The notes under the pieces were generated by a model that did not search any database, was not told the origin of the DNA, and worked only from the letters and a program-made list of their open reading frames with translations. A program made the position numbers and the translations under genes. From the NCBI GenBank assembly GCA_013265495.1, contig MU058591.1, positions 186,001 through 250,000 of the forward strand: a stretch of DNA of 64,000 nucleotides, read 5' to 3'. Below are positions 41,655-54,733 of the stretch, in pieces. The stretch is from Vicugna vicugna. Its lineage: Eukaryota. Every line of letters begins with the position of its first letter. Position 1 is the stretch's first letter.

Positions 41655-41906
41655 NNNNNNNNNNNNNNNNNNNNNNNNNNNNNNNNNNNNNNNNNNNNNN
41701 NNNNNNNNNNNNNNNNNNNNNNNNNNNNNNNNNNNNNNNNNNNNNNNNNNNNNNNNNNNNNNNNNNNNNNNNNNNNNNNNNNNNNNNNNNNNNNNNNNNN
41801 NNNNNNNNNNNNNNNNNNNNNNNNNNNNNNNNNNNNNNNNNNNNNNNNNNNNNNNNNNNNNNNNNNNNNNNNNNNNNNNNNNNNNNNNNNNNNNNNNNNN
41901 NNNNNN
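41655..41906. other. Assembly gap (252 N) in GC-rich sequence
   Basis: N run with GC-rich flanks. Confidence 0.99.
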
Positions 41907-42637
41907 CCTCCCCCGGCCCCTCCCCCAGCCCCTGACCTCCAGGCCCGCTTCCCACTCTCCCGGGCCAGCTCAGGCCTGACCTTGCCCAGCCAAATGTCGG
42001 CCCCTCTGCAAACACAAACGAGGCCACTTATCTGCGTTGCCTAACCAATGTAAACAGCCCTGCGAGGGCCCGGGCCCTGGCCTCACCCCCGAGGTCGTGC
42101 TGCCGGGCCAAAGGTATGCGCGGAGAGATTTTTCAGTGCCTGTTTCCTCCTGGCAAGACTTGTGCATTTGGGTGGTTTCGGCTGAGTAGCTTCCTAACTG
42201 TCACCAGCGGCGCCCGAGTCTAGGCGGATCCATCTCCAAGCAGTCAAGTCCACTCCCCTGCCCCTGTCAAACTTTCTGCCGTTTTCGCGGGGAGAGGCCC
42301 CGTAACCACCACTGGCCACTTGGCAGTGACTCCCTACTTTTTCAAACAGGAAGCCTTTCTGAGGTCTAAGCTAAATCCCTCCAGTTTCGGGGTGGCTGAC
42401 CCCCTCCGTTCTTGTCTCTCATGTAAACAGAGGACTGGTACTGGAGGGCAGGCCTCACCACACACACCCTTGACAGCCTTTATTCCACACGCCTGGGGGG
42501 ATGACAGGCCTGACTTCCTGTTCTGGCTGTGCTGCTAGCCAGCTGTGTGACCTTGGGCAAAGCACTTAACCTCTCTGAGCCTCAGTGTCCTTGTCGGTAA
42601 AATGAAGGGGCTGGGCTAGAGGGTCTCTTAGATCCTC

Positions 42638-43003
42638 TTATGAATGATTTGTGTCCCCTAGATTCATATGCTGAAGCCCCAAATGACCCCCAGTGTAGCT
42701 GTATTTTAAGACAGGGCCTTTAAGGATGTAACCAGGTTAAATGAGACCGTTAGGGTGGGGCCCTAATCTAATAGGGCTGGGGTCCTTATAAGAAGAGAAG
42801 ACAACACCAGAGCATCCTTTCTCACCCCAACAAACGCACAGAGGAAACGCCACGTGAGGAATAGCGAGTGGGCAGCCAACTCCAAGGCCTGGAGAGAGGC
42901 CTCAGCTGGGCCCAGCCTGCCGACACCTGACCTTGGACTTTCAGCCTCCAGAACTGTGGGAAGCAGACGCCTGTGGGACTTGGTTATGGCCGCCCAGGCA
43001 GAC
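42638..43003 (+). mobile_element. MLT1A/B-like MaLR LTR (preceded by a MIR at ~42490-42635)
   Basis: Motifs 'tgtgtcccc..attcatatgctgaagccc', 'gggtggggccctaatc', 'ttggactttcagcctccagaactgtg'. Confidence 0.85.
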
Positions 43004-44667
43004 GGGCCCTCCCCACTGCCATCCTGGAGCCATCAAGACGGCTGGAGCCTGGAGGGAAACTCAGCCTCCCGGGTCCCTGCAGAGGTCCGTACAGGGCTCT
43101 GCCTCTGACTGCGTCTCCGGCAGTGAGTCTCTGCCTCCACAGAGTTCTTTCAGCTGGAGAGCTCGGCCATCTTTCACCAGCCCCCACGCACCACCCCAGT
43201 CTCCTCACTGACAGAGGCCCCCCAGTCCAGAGCCCAAGAGCAGCTGAGGGGTGGGGATGGGGCACCAGAGAGGGGGGCGGAGAAGGAGAGTGTGTGTGTG
43301 AGTGGGGGGGGGTGTGCAGGGGTGGCTGACTTTCTGGCAGTTTCCCTCCCCTGGGGTCTCCTCTGCCCCCATCCCCACCTCCAGGTCACCTCTACGCCGA
43401 GCACGTGGGCCATGTCTGTTGGGTGACTTCCTTCCCAGCCTCGCTGGTTCCATCCTTCGTGCCAGCCAAGGCCTTTGGCGGACAGACGCCCGCCCTCCAG
43501 TTACGGCCTTAAGAGGCAGTCCCTCGGTCCGCAGCTGGCCACAGTGCTCTGAAGCCGGGCCTCCGGCCCCTGCGGCCCTGAGACCTCTCTGTGAAGCTGA
43601 GCAGGACCCTGTGGGGCCCTCCCCAGGGCAAAAGCCCCTCCAGGTCCCCCACTGTTCAGTCTCTGGGGGTTTCCCTGGGTTCCAAAGGGCAGGCTCAGGC
43701 GTTACTAACTAGGGAAGTGAGGGAAGGCAGAAACAGAGCAGAAGCGGACAAGCAGGAAGAGTGACGACAGCTTAAACACTGGGTCAGCGACAGAGCAGGG
43801 TCCTGGCTCCTCCTCAGGGGCACACGTGACAAGCTGATGCGTGTCTTCGAGCTGGCCTGCAGAAACTAAGACCCCCACACACAAACATGCGGACCCCAGA
43901 CTGGCTGGAGCCAGAAAGCAGGTGACTAAGACTCCTGAAATCTCGCCCTGCTCCCTCGTCACCGGCCAGTCAGGGGAAAGCCCACGAGCCGCAGCCCTCA
44001 GCCCACGTGTCCCCTTAAAACCCCTCCCCTGACAGGCGCTGGGGAGTTCAGGCCTCTGGAGCGCGAGCTGCCCGGTCTCCATGCTCAGCACTTGCACGGA
44101 AGGCTGTACTTCGCTCCACCACAACCTGGTGTCAGTAGACTGGCTTCGCCGTGCAGCGGGCCAGCAGGTCCAAATTTGGTTCCGTAATGCCTGGAGCGCC
44201 TCTCGCCTCCCTGGAGCCCGAGCTGCCGTCCCAGCATCTCGGCGCCTTTGGCAAGGCCCCATCAGTACCCTCTCTTCCATGTCCGCAGGTCCTCCTTCAG
44301 CCCGGCTGCACCGGCCTCTGTGCTGGCACCGCGCCACCCCGTCACGCCCTCCTCTGCCACCCGGCGGAGGTCATGGCCAGTGTGCCCATGTCACCAGAGC
44401 CCCAGGCGGTCACCGCCAGGCCCGGACCTTCCGTCTCCTTCCCCTGGGCGGTGGGTCACGGCTCTAGGCTCTGGAGCACAGCGGACTTAGCTTCGTCCAG
44501 GTCCCAGCAGCAGGTGACTTCAGGCAAGCTGCACGCTCTCTTGAAGCCTTGTTTCCTCATTCTTAGGGTTACCTCGTCTTTAGTAAGCCTAGGGGACCTC
44601 TCCTAGGGCTACTGGCCTGTGTGGGGCACTGAGCACAGGGCCTGGGCACGTGAACGTTTCTGGGGTT

Positions 44668-44810
44668 GGGGAGGGTACAGCTCGGTGGTAGAGCACGTAC
44701 TTAGCATGCACGAGGTCCTGGGTCTAGTCCCCAGTACCTCCATTAAGAAAAATAAATAAACCTAGTTACCTCCCCCTCCACAAAATAAAAATGAATGAAA
44801 ATATAAATAA
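44668..44810 (+). mobile_element. tRNA-derived SINE of camelid type
   Basis: ggggagggtacagctcggtggtagagcacgtacttagcatgcacgaggtcctgggtctagtccccagtacctcc followed by an A-rich tail; Pol III A/B-box-like motifs. Confidence 0.85.
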
Positions 44811-45384
44811 ATGTCCCCCAGAGTCCAGTTACTGTTGCGGTCTCCAAGAGTGGGCACTGTGGTTTCACTGACCACAGCCTGCTTGCTTGGAGACGATCCT
44901 CAGGGAAGTGAGGAGACCCAGCTCCAGGCCCACAGAAGGTCAGTTCTGAGAGGCACCAGTACGCTGAAGTAACCAGAGCTAGTCCCTGTTGTTGGGGACC
45001 AGGGACCCGAATGCACCTCCACAGCCTCCACTGGCTGAACCCCACACTCCGTCAGCCCCAGGCTGCCAGCAGTTACCCACACGCACTGCACTGCTGCCCG
45101 CCTCTGGCTTTTGCTCAAGTGGCTCCCTCTAACTGGGAGAGTCTAGACTCTTCTCTATCCAAGTTACTCCCACTGCTCTTAGAAAGCTCTCACGGATCCC
45201 CTCCTTCAGGAAGCCCCTTGGCCACCTTCTTCTGCTCCTGTAGAACCTGCATGCGTAACATGAGTTCATCAGCCCCACCCGGGCTGGGGTCCCTGTGGGG
45301 GGAGGGGGTGGAACGGGGCTTCTTCATCTTCCTCCAGGGTCTGGACCATAGCATGTGTCTAGCAGTGTTAGTGAATGGTGGATA

Positions 45385-45535
45385 GAGGAAGGATGGATGG
45401 GTGGATGGATGTAGATGGATGGGTGGGTGGATGGATGGTGTATGGATGGGTGGGTGGATGAACGAAGGTGGGTGGATGGATGGGTAGGAGGGTGGGTGGA
45501 TGGGAAGGTGGGTGGATGGATGGATACATGGAAGG
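45385..45535 (+). repeat. (GGAT)n/(GGGT)n microsatellite at an L2 tail
   Basis: Visible tract directly after L2 3'-end-like sequence. Confidence 0.9.
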
Positions 45536-45777
45536 AGAACAAATCACTGGGCCTCTAGTTGTCCCTGCTCTGTCTCTCCATTGAGTAAGTTCCAGGATAA
45601 TCTTCCTGAAGTCCGGCTTGGCTCACTTCATGACCCAAATACCTTCAGAGACTGTGCACTGCTTGCCAAATACAGTCCAAACTCCTCAGCCTGGAATCTG
45701 GCCCCCACCTACTTTTCCAGTTCTTCTCTCCTGCACTCCCACTGTTCTCCTGCCGAATCGTATCAGATGTTCTCTAC

Positions 45778-45932
45778 ACCTTTGCTACTCAGAGTGACCC
45801 TGTGACCTGCAGCATCAGCTTCACCTGAGAGCTTGTCAGAACTCTCAAGTCCTATTCCAGACCCATGGAATCAGAATTTTAACAAGACCGAGCAAGTCAC
45901 ACCCACATGAGAGGTTCAGAAGCACTGCTCTG
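45778..45932. mobile_element. MER5-type hAT-Charlie MITE
   Basis: Motifs 'gctactcagagtg..gcagcatcagc..cacctgagagcttgtcaga..gaatcagaa..tttaacaag..agaagcactg'. Confidence 0.75.
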
Positions 45933-46589
45933 CGGTGTCCCCAGAGCTCCTGCTAGTGGTCTGTCAAGATCCTGTGCATCGTTTTGGGCTCAGCTTGTCT
46001 GAACCCACTTTAGGCCACCTCCCCATCCCATGTGCTCTAACCACCCCCCCCCCCACAAAACCCTGCAACGTGCTCTTTTCTCAGAACGACCGCAGCACCT
46101 AGTGTAAGCCTCTCCCATCCCAGGGCTCACACTCTTCCCGAAGCCTAAGTATCTGAGACTCATTCCTCTGTTGTAAATTACAAACATCTGGTGAATAGGG
46201 ACCTGTTAGTCTATTTCATCTCATGTCATGTCTCAAAAGATACCTTGCACCTAGTGGGTACCAGACAAATGCGTTAAACAAGTGAACAAATTGATAGAGG
46301 GAGGAACAAACAAAGGTCAAGTTCCCAATATGGGAAGACGGTCCACAGGATCCTCACTGCTGGCAGCTGCCCCAGGCAGCCCCAGGCAAGAGTTTCACGT
46401 GCTTGGTCTTGCCTTTCCTTCCCGGAACATTTGGGAACCTGTCAGTTCGCCTGCTCCCCTGGAGAGATAGGGAGTGAGCCGCCGCCTATGGTGGCGCAGG
46501 ACCTTTGGCGGCTGTCTGCCCCCACCCCCTGCCTCTTTCTCAGGGCCCAGGTACTTGGTCAGTAAATGGTGTTCCCTGTATTACACTGC

Positions 46590-49270
46590 ACGGTGAAAAA
46601 CAGAATGCTTTCTCCTAAGATCAGAAGCAAGGCAAGGATGTCCACTCCCATCACTTCTACTGATGATTGTCCTGGAGATTCTAGCCAGTGCAATCGGGTA
46701 AGAAAAAGAAAAGGCATCCAGAATGGAAAGCAAGACTATTTGCAGATGACATGATTCTGTATGATGAAAGTCTTAAGGAATCCACAAAACAACTAGTGAA
46801 ACAATTAAAGGGTTGAGCAGCATCACAGGATAAAAGACTGGTGTAAAACAATTGCCTGTGTTTCTAGATGTTAGCAGTGAACAATCTGAAAATGAGATTA
46901 CAAAAGTAATTCCATTCATGATCGCTCAAAAACGGTAATGCAATTCCTATCAAAATTCCAGCAAGATATTTTGTAGACGCACGTGAGCTTATTCTAAAAT
47001 TTACGAGCAAAAGAACTAGATTAGCTAAAACAATCTTGACAGAGAAGGATAACGTGGGAGGAATCAACATACCTGATAAGGCTTCCTGCAGAGTGACAGT
47101 AACCAAGACAGTGCGGTATTGGTGGAGCAACAGACCCGGAGATCAACGGAACAGAAGAGAGAACCCAGAAATAGACCCACACGGTCTGTTCTGTGGGGTT
47201 TTGTTTGTTTGTTTGTTTTGACAAAAGTAAAAGCTACCCAATGGAGCAGTGACAGCCTCTCCAACAAAGGGCCCTGGAGCAACTGATTATCCACAGGCTA
47301 AAAAATTCCTAAACCTCACACTCTGCACCAAAATTAACTCAAAACAGATCACGGAACTAAATGTAAAGTGTACATGTATTAAACTTTTAGGAAAGAAAGA
47401 TAGCAGGGCTGGGCAAAGAGTAGAGTTCTCAGACATGACACCAAAATAATAATTTATGGGGAAAAAAAGGATAAGTTGGACTTTATCAAAATTTGAAACT
47501 TTTGCTGAACAAAAGACCCTGTTAAAGGGATGAAAGACAAGCTACAGGTAGGGGGAAAATATTTGAAAACCACATATCTGACTTGTATCTAGAATCTCTA
47601 AGAGAATTTAAAGAATTCTCAAAACTCAAAACACAACTGCAATAAATACACAAATGCAGGCCCTGCTTCTAATCAGATGGGAAAGGCAGAGGACGTGAAC
47701 AGACATTTTATCAAAGAGGAGATAGGAATGACAAATAAACACATGAAAAGATGTTTAACATCATTAGCCATTAGGGAAATGCAAATCAAAACTCCAAGGA
47801 GATACCACTCACACCAATTACAGCCGCTAAAATAAAAAACAGTGATAAGACCAAATGCTGGCAACATTGTGGAGAAACTGGATCTCTCCTGCATCCCTGG
47901 TGGGAGGTACGATGAACGGTGCGGTCACTCCAGAAACCAGTTCGGCAGTTGTTTTGTATGAAACTAAACATGCATTTGTCGTGTGATCCAGCAATTACAC
48001 TCTCCAGCATTTGTCCCAGAGAAAGGAAGACTTACATCCATACGAAAGCCTGTCCACATACTAAACTGTGCACTTTAAACAGTGACAATGGTAAATTTTA
48101 TGTCCGTTTTACCACAGTTTAAAAGAAGACTTAAACAGAAATATTCCTAGGTTTGTTCAGAATAGCACAACACTGGAGACAACCCAGAGATGTCCTTTAA
48201 TGGGTGAGTGGTCAAACTCATACACCCATACAGTGGGGTACCACACATCAATAAAAAGGAACCCCGTGCGCCAACTTGGGTGCATCTCAAAGGCATCACA
48301 GTTTCCTACGATGTAGTTCCGATTACATAACGTTCGCAAGATGACACAGCTTCACAGGGGAAACCGGCTTAGTTCCTTTCAGGCGTGATGATTAATTTCC
48401 TGTGTCCACCTGACTGGGCGACGGGAAGCCCAGACGGTTGGTGAGACGTTATTTCTAGGTGTGTCTGTGAGGGTGTCTCCAGAAGGGAGAAGAATCTGAA
48501 TCCGTGGACTGAGTAAAGAAGACCCCCCACCCCCCAACGTAGGGGGGCATCAGCCGGTCCACTGAGGGCCTGAAGAGAACAGCAGAGCAGAGGTGGGGGA
48601 TCTGCTCTCTCTCCACCTGAGCTGGGACGCCCCTCTTCTCCTGCCCTCAGACATGGGCGCTCCTGCTTCTCCAGTCTTCAGACTCAGAGTGGACTCACAC
48701 CATCAGGCCCCGATTCCTGGGCCCTTGAACTTGAACGTTCACCCTCAGCACCTTGGCTCTCGGGCACTCAGACTTGGAAAGAGCCGTAGAGCTGACTTTC
48801 CTGCTGCTTCTGTTTGCAGAGGGCAGATCGTGAGACGGCTTGGCCTCCAGGACTGCACGTGCCTATCCCTGTAATAAAACGTCCCCGTGTGCACCTCTGA
48901 ATGTCCTTCTCTCTACAGAACTCTCACACGCCAGGGGGCAGGGGTAGCACACAGCTCCTTCGTGGTGATGGGATATTTCTGTACCTTGACTGTGGTGGAG
49001 TTAACATAAACGTACACATGGAGTCACCCTGCATAAACACACACACACACACACACACACGTAGAAACTTGTGGAAACTGAATAAGGTCTTTAGTCTTAG
49101 TTACCAGTACAGAACCAGCATCAGTTTCCTGGTTTTGATATTGTATCTTATCGTCACATAAGAAGTTACCACTAGGGGGAGGGTGGATGAAGAGTTTGCA
49201 GGACTCTGCTATTCTTGCAACCTCTGGTGAGTCTGTAATTATTTCTAAGTAAAAAGTTTTTAAAAAAGTA
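46590..49270 (+). mobile_element. L1MB/MC ORF2 and 3'UTR fragments, interrupted by an MLT2 LTR
   Basis: Sense L1 ORF2 motifs (tatttgcagatgacatgat, agaaatagacccacac, cattagggaaatgcaaatcaaaac) and an L1MC-like 3' end at 48930-49268. Confidence 0.85.
48384..48929 (+). mobile_element. MLT2 (ERVL) solo LTR
   Basis: Motifs 'gtgatgattaatttcctgtgtccacctgactggg', 'gtgtctgtgagggtgt', 'ggactgagtaaagaagacc'. Confidence 0.85.
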
Positions 49271-50469
49271 AAATGGAGTTAGGGATCCTGTAGTGATGTT
49301 AGATTTCCTCCCCCAGTAACACACGGGGCCGCCCAGCCTTTACACGCTGGACCTCCATGTGTGTTTGCAGATTGCAGCAGCAGGAACTGAGAGCCCCGGG
49401 AGCCGGTGCAGAAACACTGGTTGACTGTAGAAGGGGCAGGAAACGGAAGTCACAGGGAGCTGGCTCTAGGGACCTAAACACTCGTCCGCCAGCCCCTGAT
49501 CTCTCCCACCCTCCGCCACGCCCAAGGGAGTGACCAGATGGCTTTCTCCCGAGGGGGCTGTGTTGGCCAACGGCACCTTCCCCGGGTCCCACTGCAGCGG
49601 GCAGTGACTTGGAGAGAAGAGAGCAGACCAGGGCCCAGGGTGGGTGCGGTGCGCCCGGAGCAAAGACTTTGGAAGCCAGTGGGGGTTTGCAGAGTGGGGC
49701 CCAGGCCTCTGGGAGGGACAAGGGCAGGCTGTGGCCGGGAGGCTCTGGCCTGAGCCAGGTGTGCAGCCATCAGCCTGGGCCACCTCTGTTCTGTGCCCTG
49801 AGTCTCTCAGGAACAATGCAAAGCAAATAAACAGAAATCAAATTAAAAGGAAAATCCAGGTCAGGAAGACCAGAGAGAGATCAGTTTACAGTCAGCCCCT
49901 TTCTCACAATCCGCAAAGGGCGTGGCAGCAGAGTCTCCTCACTCCTCAAGCGCCCTCCACGGCCCAGGCCCAGGCCCAGGCCCAAGGGCCTGCGCTCTAC
50001 AAACTCTACAGCTGAGCAGCACTTCTGGCGATGAGGCCCTCCGGGACCTGCTTCCCCTTTCCCAGGGCAATGTAATCTCAGCTCTCTGGCCGAGACCTTT
50101 GCCTAACAGCCTACAGACCAGGAAGTCTCCAGAAACCAAGTCCACTTGGCAGTGGTCATTTCCCCTGGCAGCCTGGGAACACACGAGGCGTGGAGCCAGG
50201 CTGTCCCAGCCGCCCCGTCCGGAGGGAAGGCGTGGGAAGCCCTGGCCGCTCTCCCAATCCGTGAAGGACAGCACTGGGGTCTGCACACCCACTACCCACC
50301 TCCCCAGACCCAACCCATCCAACCACACAGGCCAGGACCCCCATCGCATCCTTTACCCACCCCTCCCACGTCCACCCATCACCCAGCCCTCCGCGACTTC
50401 TCTCCCCATCGCCCCATCGTCTCTCGTCCAGCCTCGGCTCCCCAGTTCTACTTTTGCCCCTACAGTCTG

Positions 50470-51270
50470 ACCTCCACCAGGAGCCAGTGATCCTGTAAAG
50501 TCAGATCAAATCAATCACATCACACCCGGGAGGAAATCCAGATTTCTCACTCTGGCCTACAAGGCCTCTCTGACGAGGCCCGGCCTCTCCAGGCCCTGCT
50601 TCCGCCCCCTCTGGGCTCTCCCCTTCGCTTCTGGAGGCCACTCTCCTTCCTCTCCCTCTGCTGTTGTCTGGAACGTGCTGCCTCCATCTTCCAGGGACGG
50701 ATCCTGGTCACCCAGGTCCTGGCTGAGCCCTCTCTCTTTACGGGAAGGACCCCTTCTCGACAGGCCCAGTCTCGAGGGGCCACCAGTCACGCGCCTGGCC
50801 CAGCAGAGCACGTGGGCTGCAGTCTGGGTCTCAGGAAAGTAGAGCCAGAGAAGGGGTCTGAGCACAGGTGCTCGTCAGGGAGCCCTCCGGATGCAGAGCT
50901 GCGGAGGGGCGGGCAGGGGCAGGCGGGCTGCGATGCAGGCTTAAGGACAGTCGGAGTGGCCCCTGGGTTGTCCTGACCTGGGCCGAGGATGGCCTGCAGC
51001 GATCAGCCTTCGCACGTGGCGCCCCCAGGCCCCCTCCGGCCACGTCTGCGCTGAGCCCACCCCACAGGAGGTGACAGCCGAGGGTCTCCTGCCCACAGCA
51101 CTCCCGGAACAGGGCCTGCGGCATCACAGCCTCATCTCAGCTTCTCTCATTTTGCTCTTTCCCTTAACTTTTCGTGACAAAGTGTCTCTCCCTCCGAGAA
51201 CAGAAGCTCCACGGAAGCAGGACCCTGGGACCTCAGCCCATCACGTGGCAGGTGCTGAGCGAAAGCCTCG
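50470..51270 (+). mobile_element. GC-shifted L2 remnant
   Basis: Motifs 'ccaggagccagtgatcctgtaaagtcagatca', 'tggcctacaaggcct', 'ctggaacgtgct', tail 'agaagctccacggaagcaggac'. Confidence 0.6.
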
Positions 51271-52314
51271 CGTTCACAACCAGCCCGGAAAACGCATCAT
51301 CCGCGTCTCACTGCACGACCTCGGCGCGGCCTGGGTGAGGAGGCGCGCCCAGCACGGGGCGGAGGCAGCACTCCAGCCGGCTCCGTGCAGCGCCCTCTGC
51401 CGCAGGCATCGCGGGGGCAGCGCCGGGTCCGTGCAGCGCTGACGAGGGGGGGAGCACATTCCGCGGGCGGCTTCAAACAAGATTATGAATTACTGGAGGA
51501 TTTGGGCCATTCTGCACGATCCCTCCTATGCTGGGTGTTTAATCCACGGCCCCTGTGCGCAGAGTCGTCGTGAGCCAGCCCCTACGCACACCAGCGGGTG
51601 GTCGATCTGACTCAGCAAAGGGACAGCTCTGCCTTCTCCTCTCACTTCTCCTTGGCCGATGTCCTCTCAAGGGAGCCTGGGAAAATCCCACTTCAGTCTC
51701 AAGAGGACTTTGGAGCATTTTCCAGGCCTGTTCTGTTTGCTGAAAGAAGTCACTGTCCGTGGGGTTTTGAGAAACCCTGCTTTTCCAAAGAGCATCCTGG
51801 AATGTCGTTGGTCTGCCCCTCATCCATGATATATCTGGGGGCGGTCTGAGCCGTAGGCCATGCTTGTCCCGGGGGTTGGAGGACTCCAAAGCTGCCATGA
51901 GACTTTCGGAGCCATATGAACCAGGACCCCATGAATTTCTCCTTAGTATTCAAGTCATACATCAATCTTCTATTATTGCGAGAGGAAGAAACATACAGAA
52001 AAAAAATTAATGAGAAACTAAAAGGTTTATGGCTGAACTTAAGTGACCAGTGATCTCTGGGGAGATGGGGACGTTACTTCTCTCTCTGGCAAGGAAACAG
52101 GACATGGTCCTGAAGGGTGGTATCCCCACTGCTGTTCAGCCACATTTTTTCTGTGAGTAGGAACATCTGTTGCAAGTGACGCGTGTGGTTTTAGTCACCC
52201 AGGTCTGAACTTGGTACTCACTCTCTGCACTCGTGAAGGGTCTATGACTTCTCCAAGGGCTGAGTGCGCTTGGTCAATTCTATACCCAGCACCATATCTG
52301 AAACACAGAAACTG

Positions 52315-52560
52315 TGGTAGTGATACTATGACCACTACTAGTTAACCCTTACGGAGCACTTAGCAATGTAACAGCCACGATGTTAAGACCCGCATGTCCA
52401 TTATCTTGTTAATTCCTTATACAACCCTAGTAACTTATCCCCATTTTACAGACGAGAAAACTGAGGTTTAGAGGTCAATAAATACACAAGCTCATACAAT
52501 TAGGAAGTGTCAGAGCTGGTACTCGATAGACATCCAATGAATGGGTGAGTGTGTCAGCCT
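52315..52560 (-). mobile_element. MIR SINE
   Basis: Core 'tatccccattttacagacgagaaaactgagg'. Confidence 0.85.
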
Positions 52561-54389
52561 GGCGCCCCCTGTCCCTCTGGATGCAGTAGGCATCTCCTGT
52601 CTCTGGGCCTCTGGTGAGAAATGTTCCAGGCTGAGGGCTCCTTAGAAGGGTCCATACAGGTGCACACAGCTCTCGGGGAGACACATGAAGCCCACCTGCT
52701 CACCTCTTAAGATTACAAAGCAAACAGTACATGGAACTCGACTGATGCTCTCTGCTCATCAGTCCTGACTAGAAACATCCTGCCAATGCTGACCCAAAAG
52801 GCACCAGGCCACCTCCAGTGTCAGGGTGAATTGGGAAATGGCAGACTCGTGGGACCTGTGTCCACTCTTCAAATTCCTGAGCCCAACTGGTCAAGCAGAC
52901 GAGGGAGAGCCCATCGGCAAGTCTGAGGTCCAGTGGCGTTTGGGTCAGTCGCGGAAGCCCTGCTGTGGACGTGGCAGGGCAAGAGGTTCAGGACGTGGCC
53001 ACAAGCGCTTGCTTCCAGGGGTGGAGGAGATGCCCTCAGGATTCCCGCAGTCTGGGGGAAGCATCTGCTGGACACTTCACAGGGCTCCCTCACGCCTAGC
53101 CTGCTGCTCCCACACAAGGGGCTCTTTTGCAAAGCAGCCACTGAGTACCACCCTCCTGTAATCTCATCCCCCACCATGGGTGGGCGCGCACAGAGGTCCC
53201 TTTGATGAAGCTCAAGAAAAGCATCTAAATCAACTCTGGGGAGGGAGGACAGCAAGGCTTCCCAGAGGAGGTGATGTACGAACTAAATCTTGAAAGGCAA
53301 GTAGCACGAGCCAGGGACTCGGAGATGACATTTCTGGCAGAGGACAGGGCATAAGCAAAGGTGTCACAGTGAGGGTGGCTGCCACCAAATGGACCCTTTC
53401 TACATACCACACGCTGCGGTAAGCACTTGACAGCGTCACAGTTTCAGGGAATTGTTCATATTTCATGCCTGTCTCCCCTACTAAAAGTCTCAAGAGGGCA
53501 GAGACTTCCCCCCACCTCCGTGTCCTTGGAGCTTAGATCAGCACCTGATGTACAGAACGGGGTCAATCTTTCTCTTCCCAATGGTTGCCAAGTATTTGTA
53601 TAAATATTTAAGTCCATGAATCCAATAAAACTGACTGTACAGTATCACACTGGAAACCAAAGCAGGCGTAAAACCCTGAGCACTTGCACACACACGTGCA
53701 CATGCTCAGCAGGATCTGAAGTGCTTTCCCCAGTTAACTGTAAAACTGGGACTGCTTCCAGAGACACATACACTTGAGTAGTAAGCCAGCAATTTGCAAA
53801 GTTACTCCTCCAGAAAGAAGCATTTCTACTGAGATGAGCTGGCTGACTGTCCTTTGGACTTGCCAAGGTTTTTTGAAAGTCACCATTTAAATAAGAATGC
53901 CTAAAACGTGATTTTACTTACAGCGTGCTAAGTATTTTAAAATTGATTCCACCTCCATTTTGTTTTCATTTCAAACAAGTCTAGGGAAGACCACCAGACA
54001 GAGCTGGGACAGCCACACCCTGGTGCCAGCCAGACAAAGGGAGAGAGATGCTTTAGTGAGAGGCTGTATAGGTAAAAACACCTGGAGTTCTTTAAAAACC
54101 GAACTCTAGAAATAAACATACAGCTCTGTGGAAAACCTCATGTTTAAAACCTGAGAGAACCCCAATGACAGATTACCTGAGTACAGGAAAGTGGCCTCCC
54201 GGCCACGGTTTCATAGAACCTGCCCCTCCCTCCCCCGACCAGAGATCACCGGTCCAAGGACTGACGTCTTTGCCAAGTGGGGCAGCAATTCTGTGGGTGT
54301 GCAGACTTGGCGGCAGTGTCCCTCACACTGTTTCTGTAACTGCCATGAAATACAGCTCAGGAGCTGTTGGCAGCCAGGTTTACAATGAG

Positions 54390-54733
54390 TGCTCAGGACT
54401 GAATTGTGTGCCCCCCACCACTAATATTCACAGGTAAGGAGCCCCGGCCCCCAGTGTGGCTGCATTTGCAGGTGGGGCCTTTAAGGGGTAATGAAGGTTA
54501 AATGCGGTCAGAAGGGTGGAAGGGTGGAGCCCTAATCCAATAGGACTGGAGCCCTTTAAGAGGCATCAAGGAAGCAGAATTAAGGCCATGTGACAACACC
54601 ATGAGGGTGGCGGCTACAGGCCGAGGAGACCTCACAGAAACGGACAGCGCGTGGGCTTCCAGCCTCCGGGACGGTGAGGTACAGTAAACGTCTGCTGTGT
54701 GAGGTTGTTACGGCAGCCGGAGCCAACTTAGAG
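54390..54733 (+). mobile_element. MLT1A/B-like MaLR LTR
   Basis: Motifs 'ggactgaattgtgtgcccc', 'gccctaatccaataggactgg', 'ttccagcctcc..tgttacggcagcc'. Confidence 0.8.

Noticed and set aside
44668..44742. tRNA-like sequence
   Set aside because: It has a degenerate B box and an A-rich SINE tail, so it is a tRNA-derived SINE rather than a tRNA gene.
37277..54437. Many 60-210 aa ORFs in the GC-rich region
   Set aside because: They overlap on both strands, are Pro/Gly/Arg/Ala-rich and show no recognisable domains. This is expected from stop-codon scarcity at high GC.
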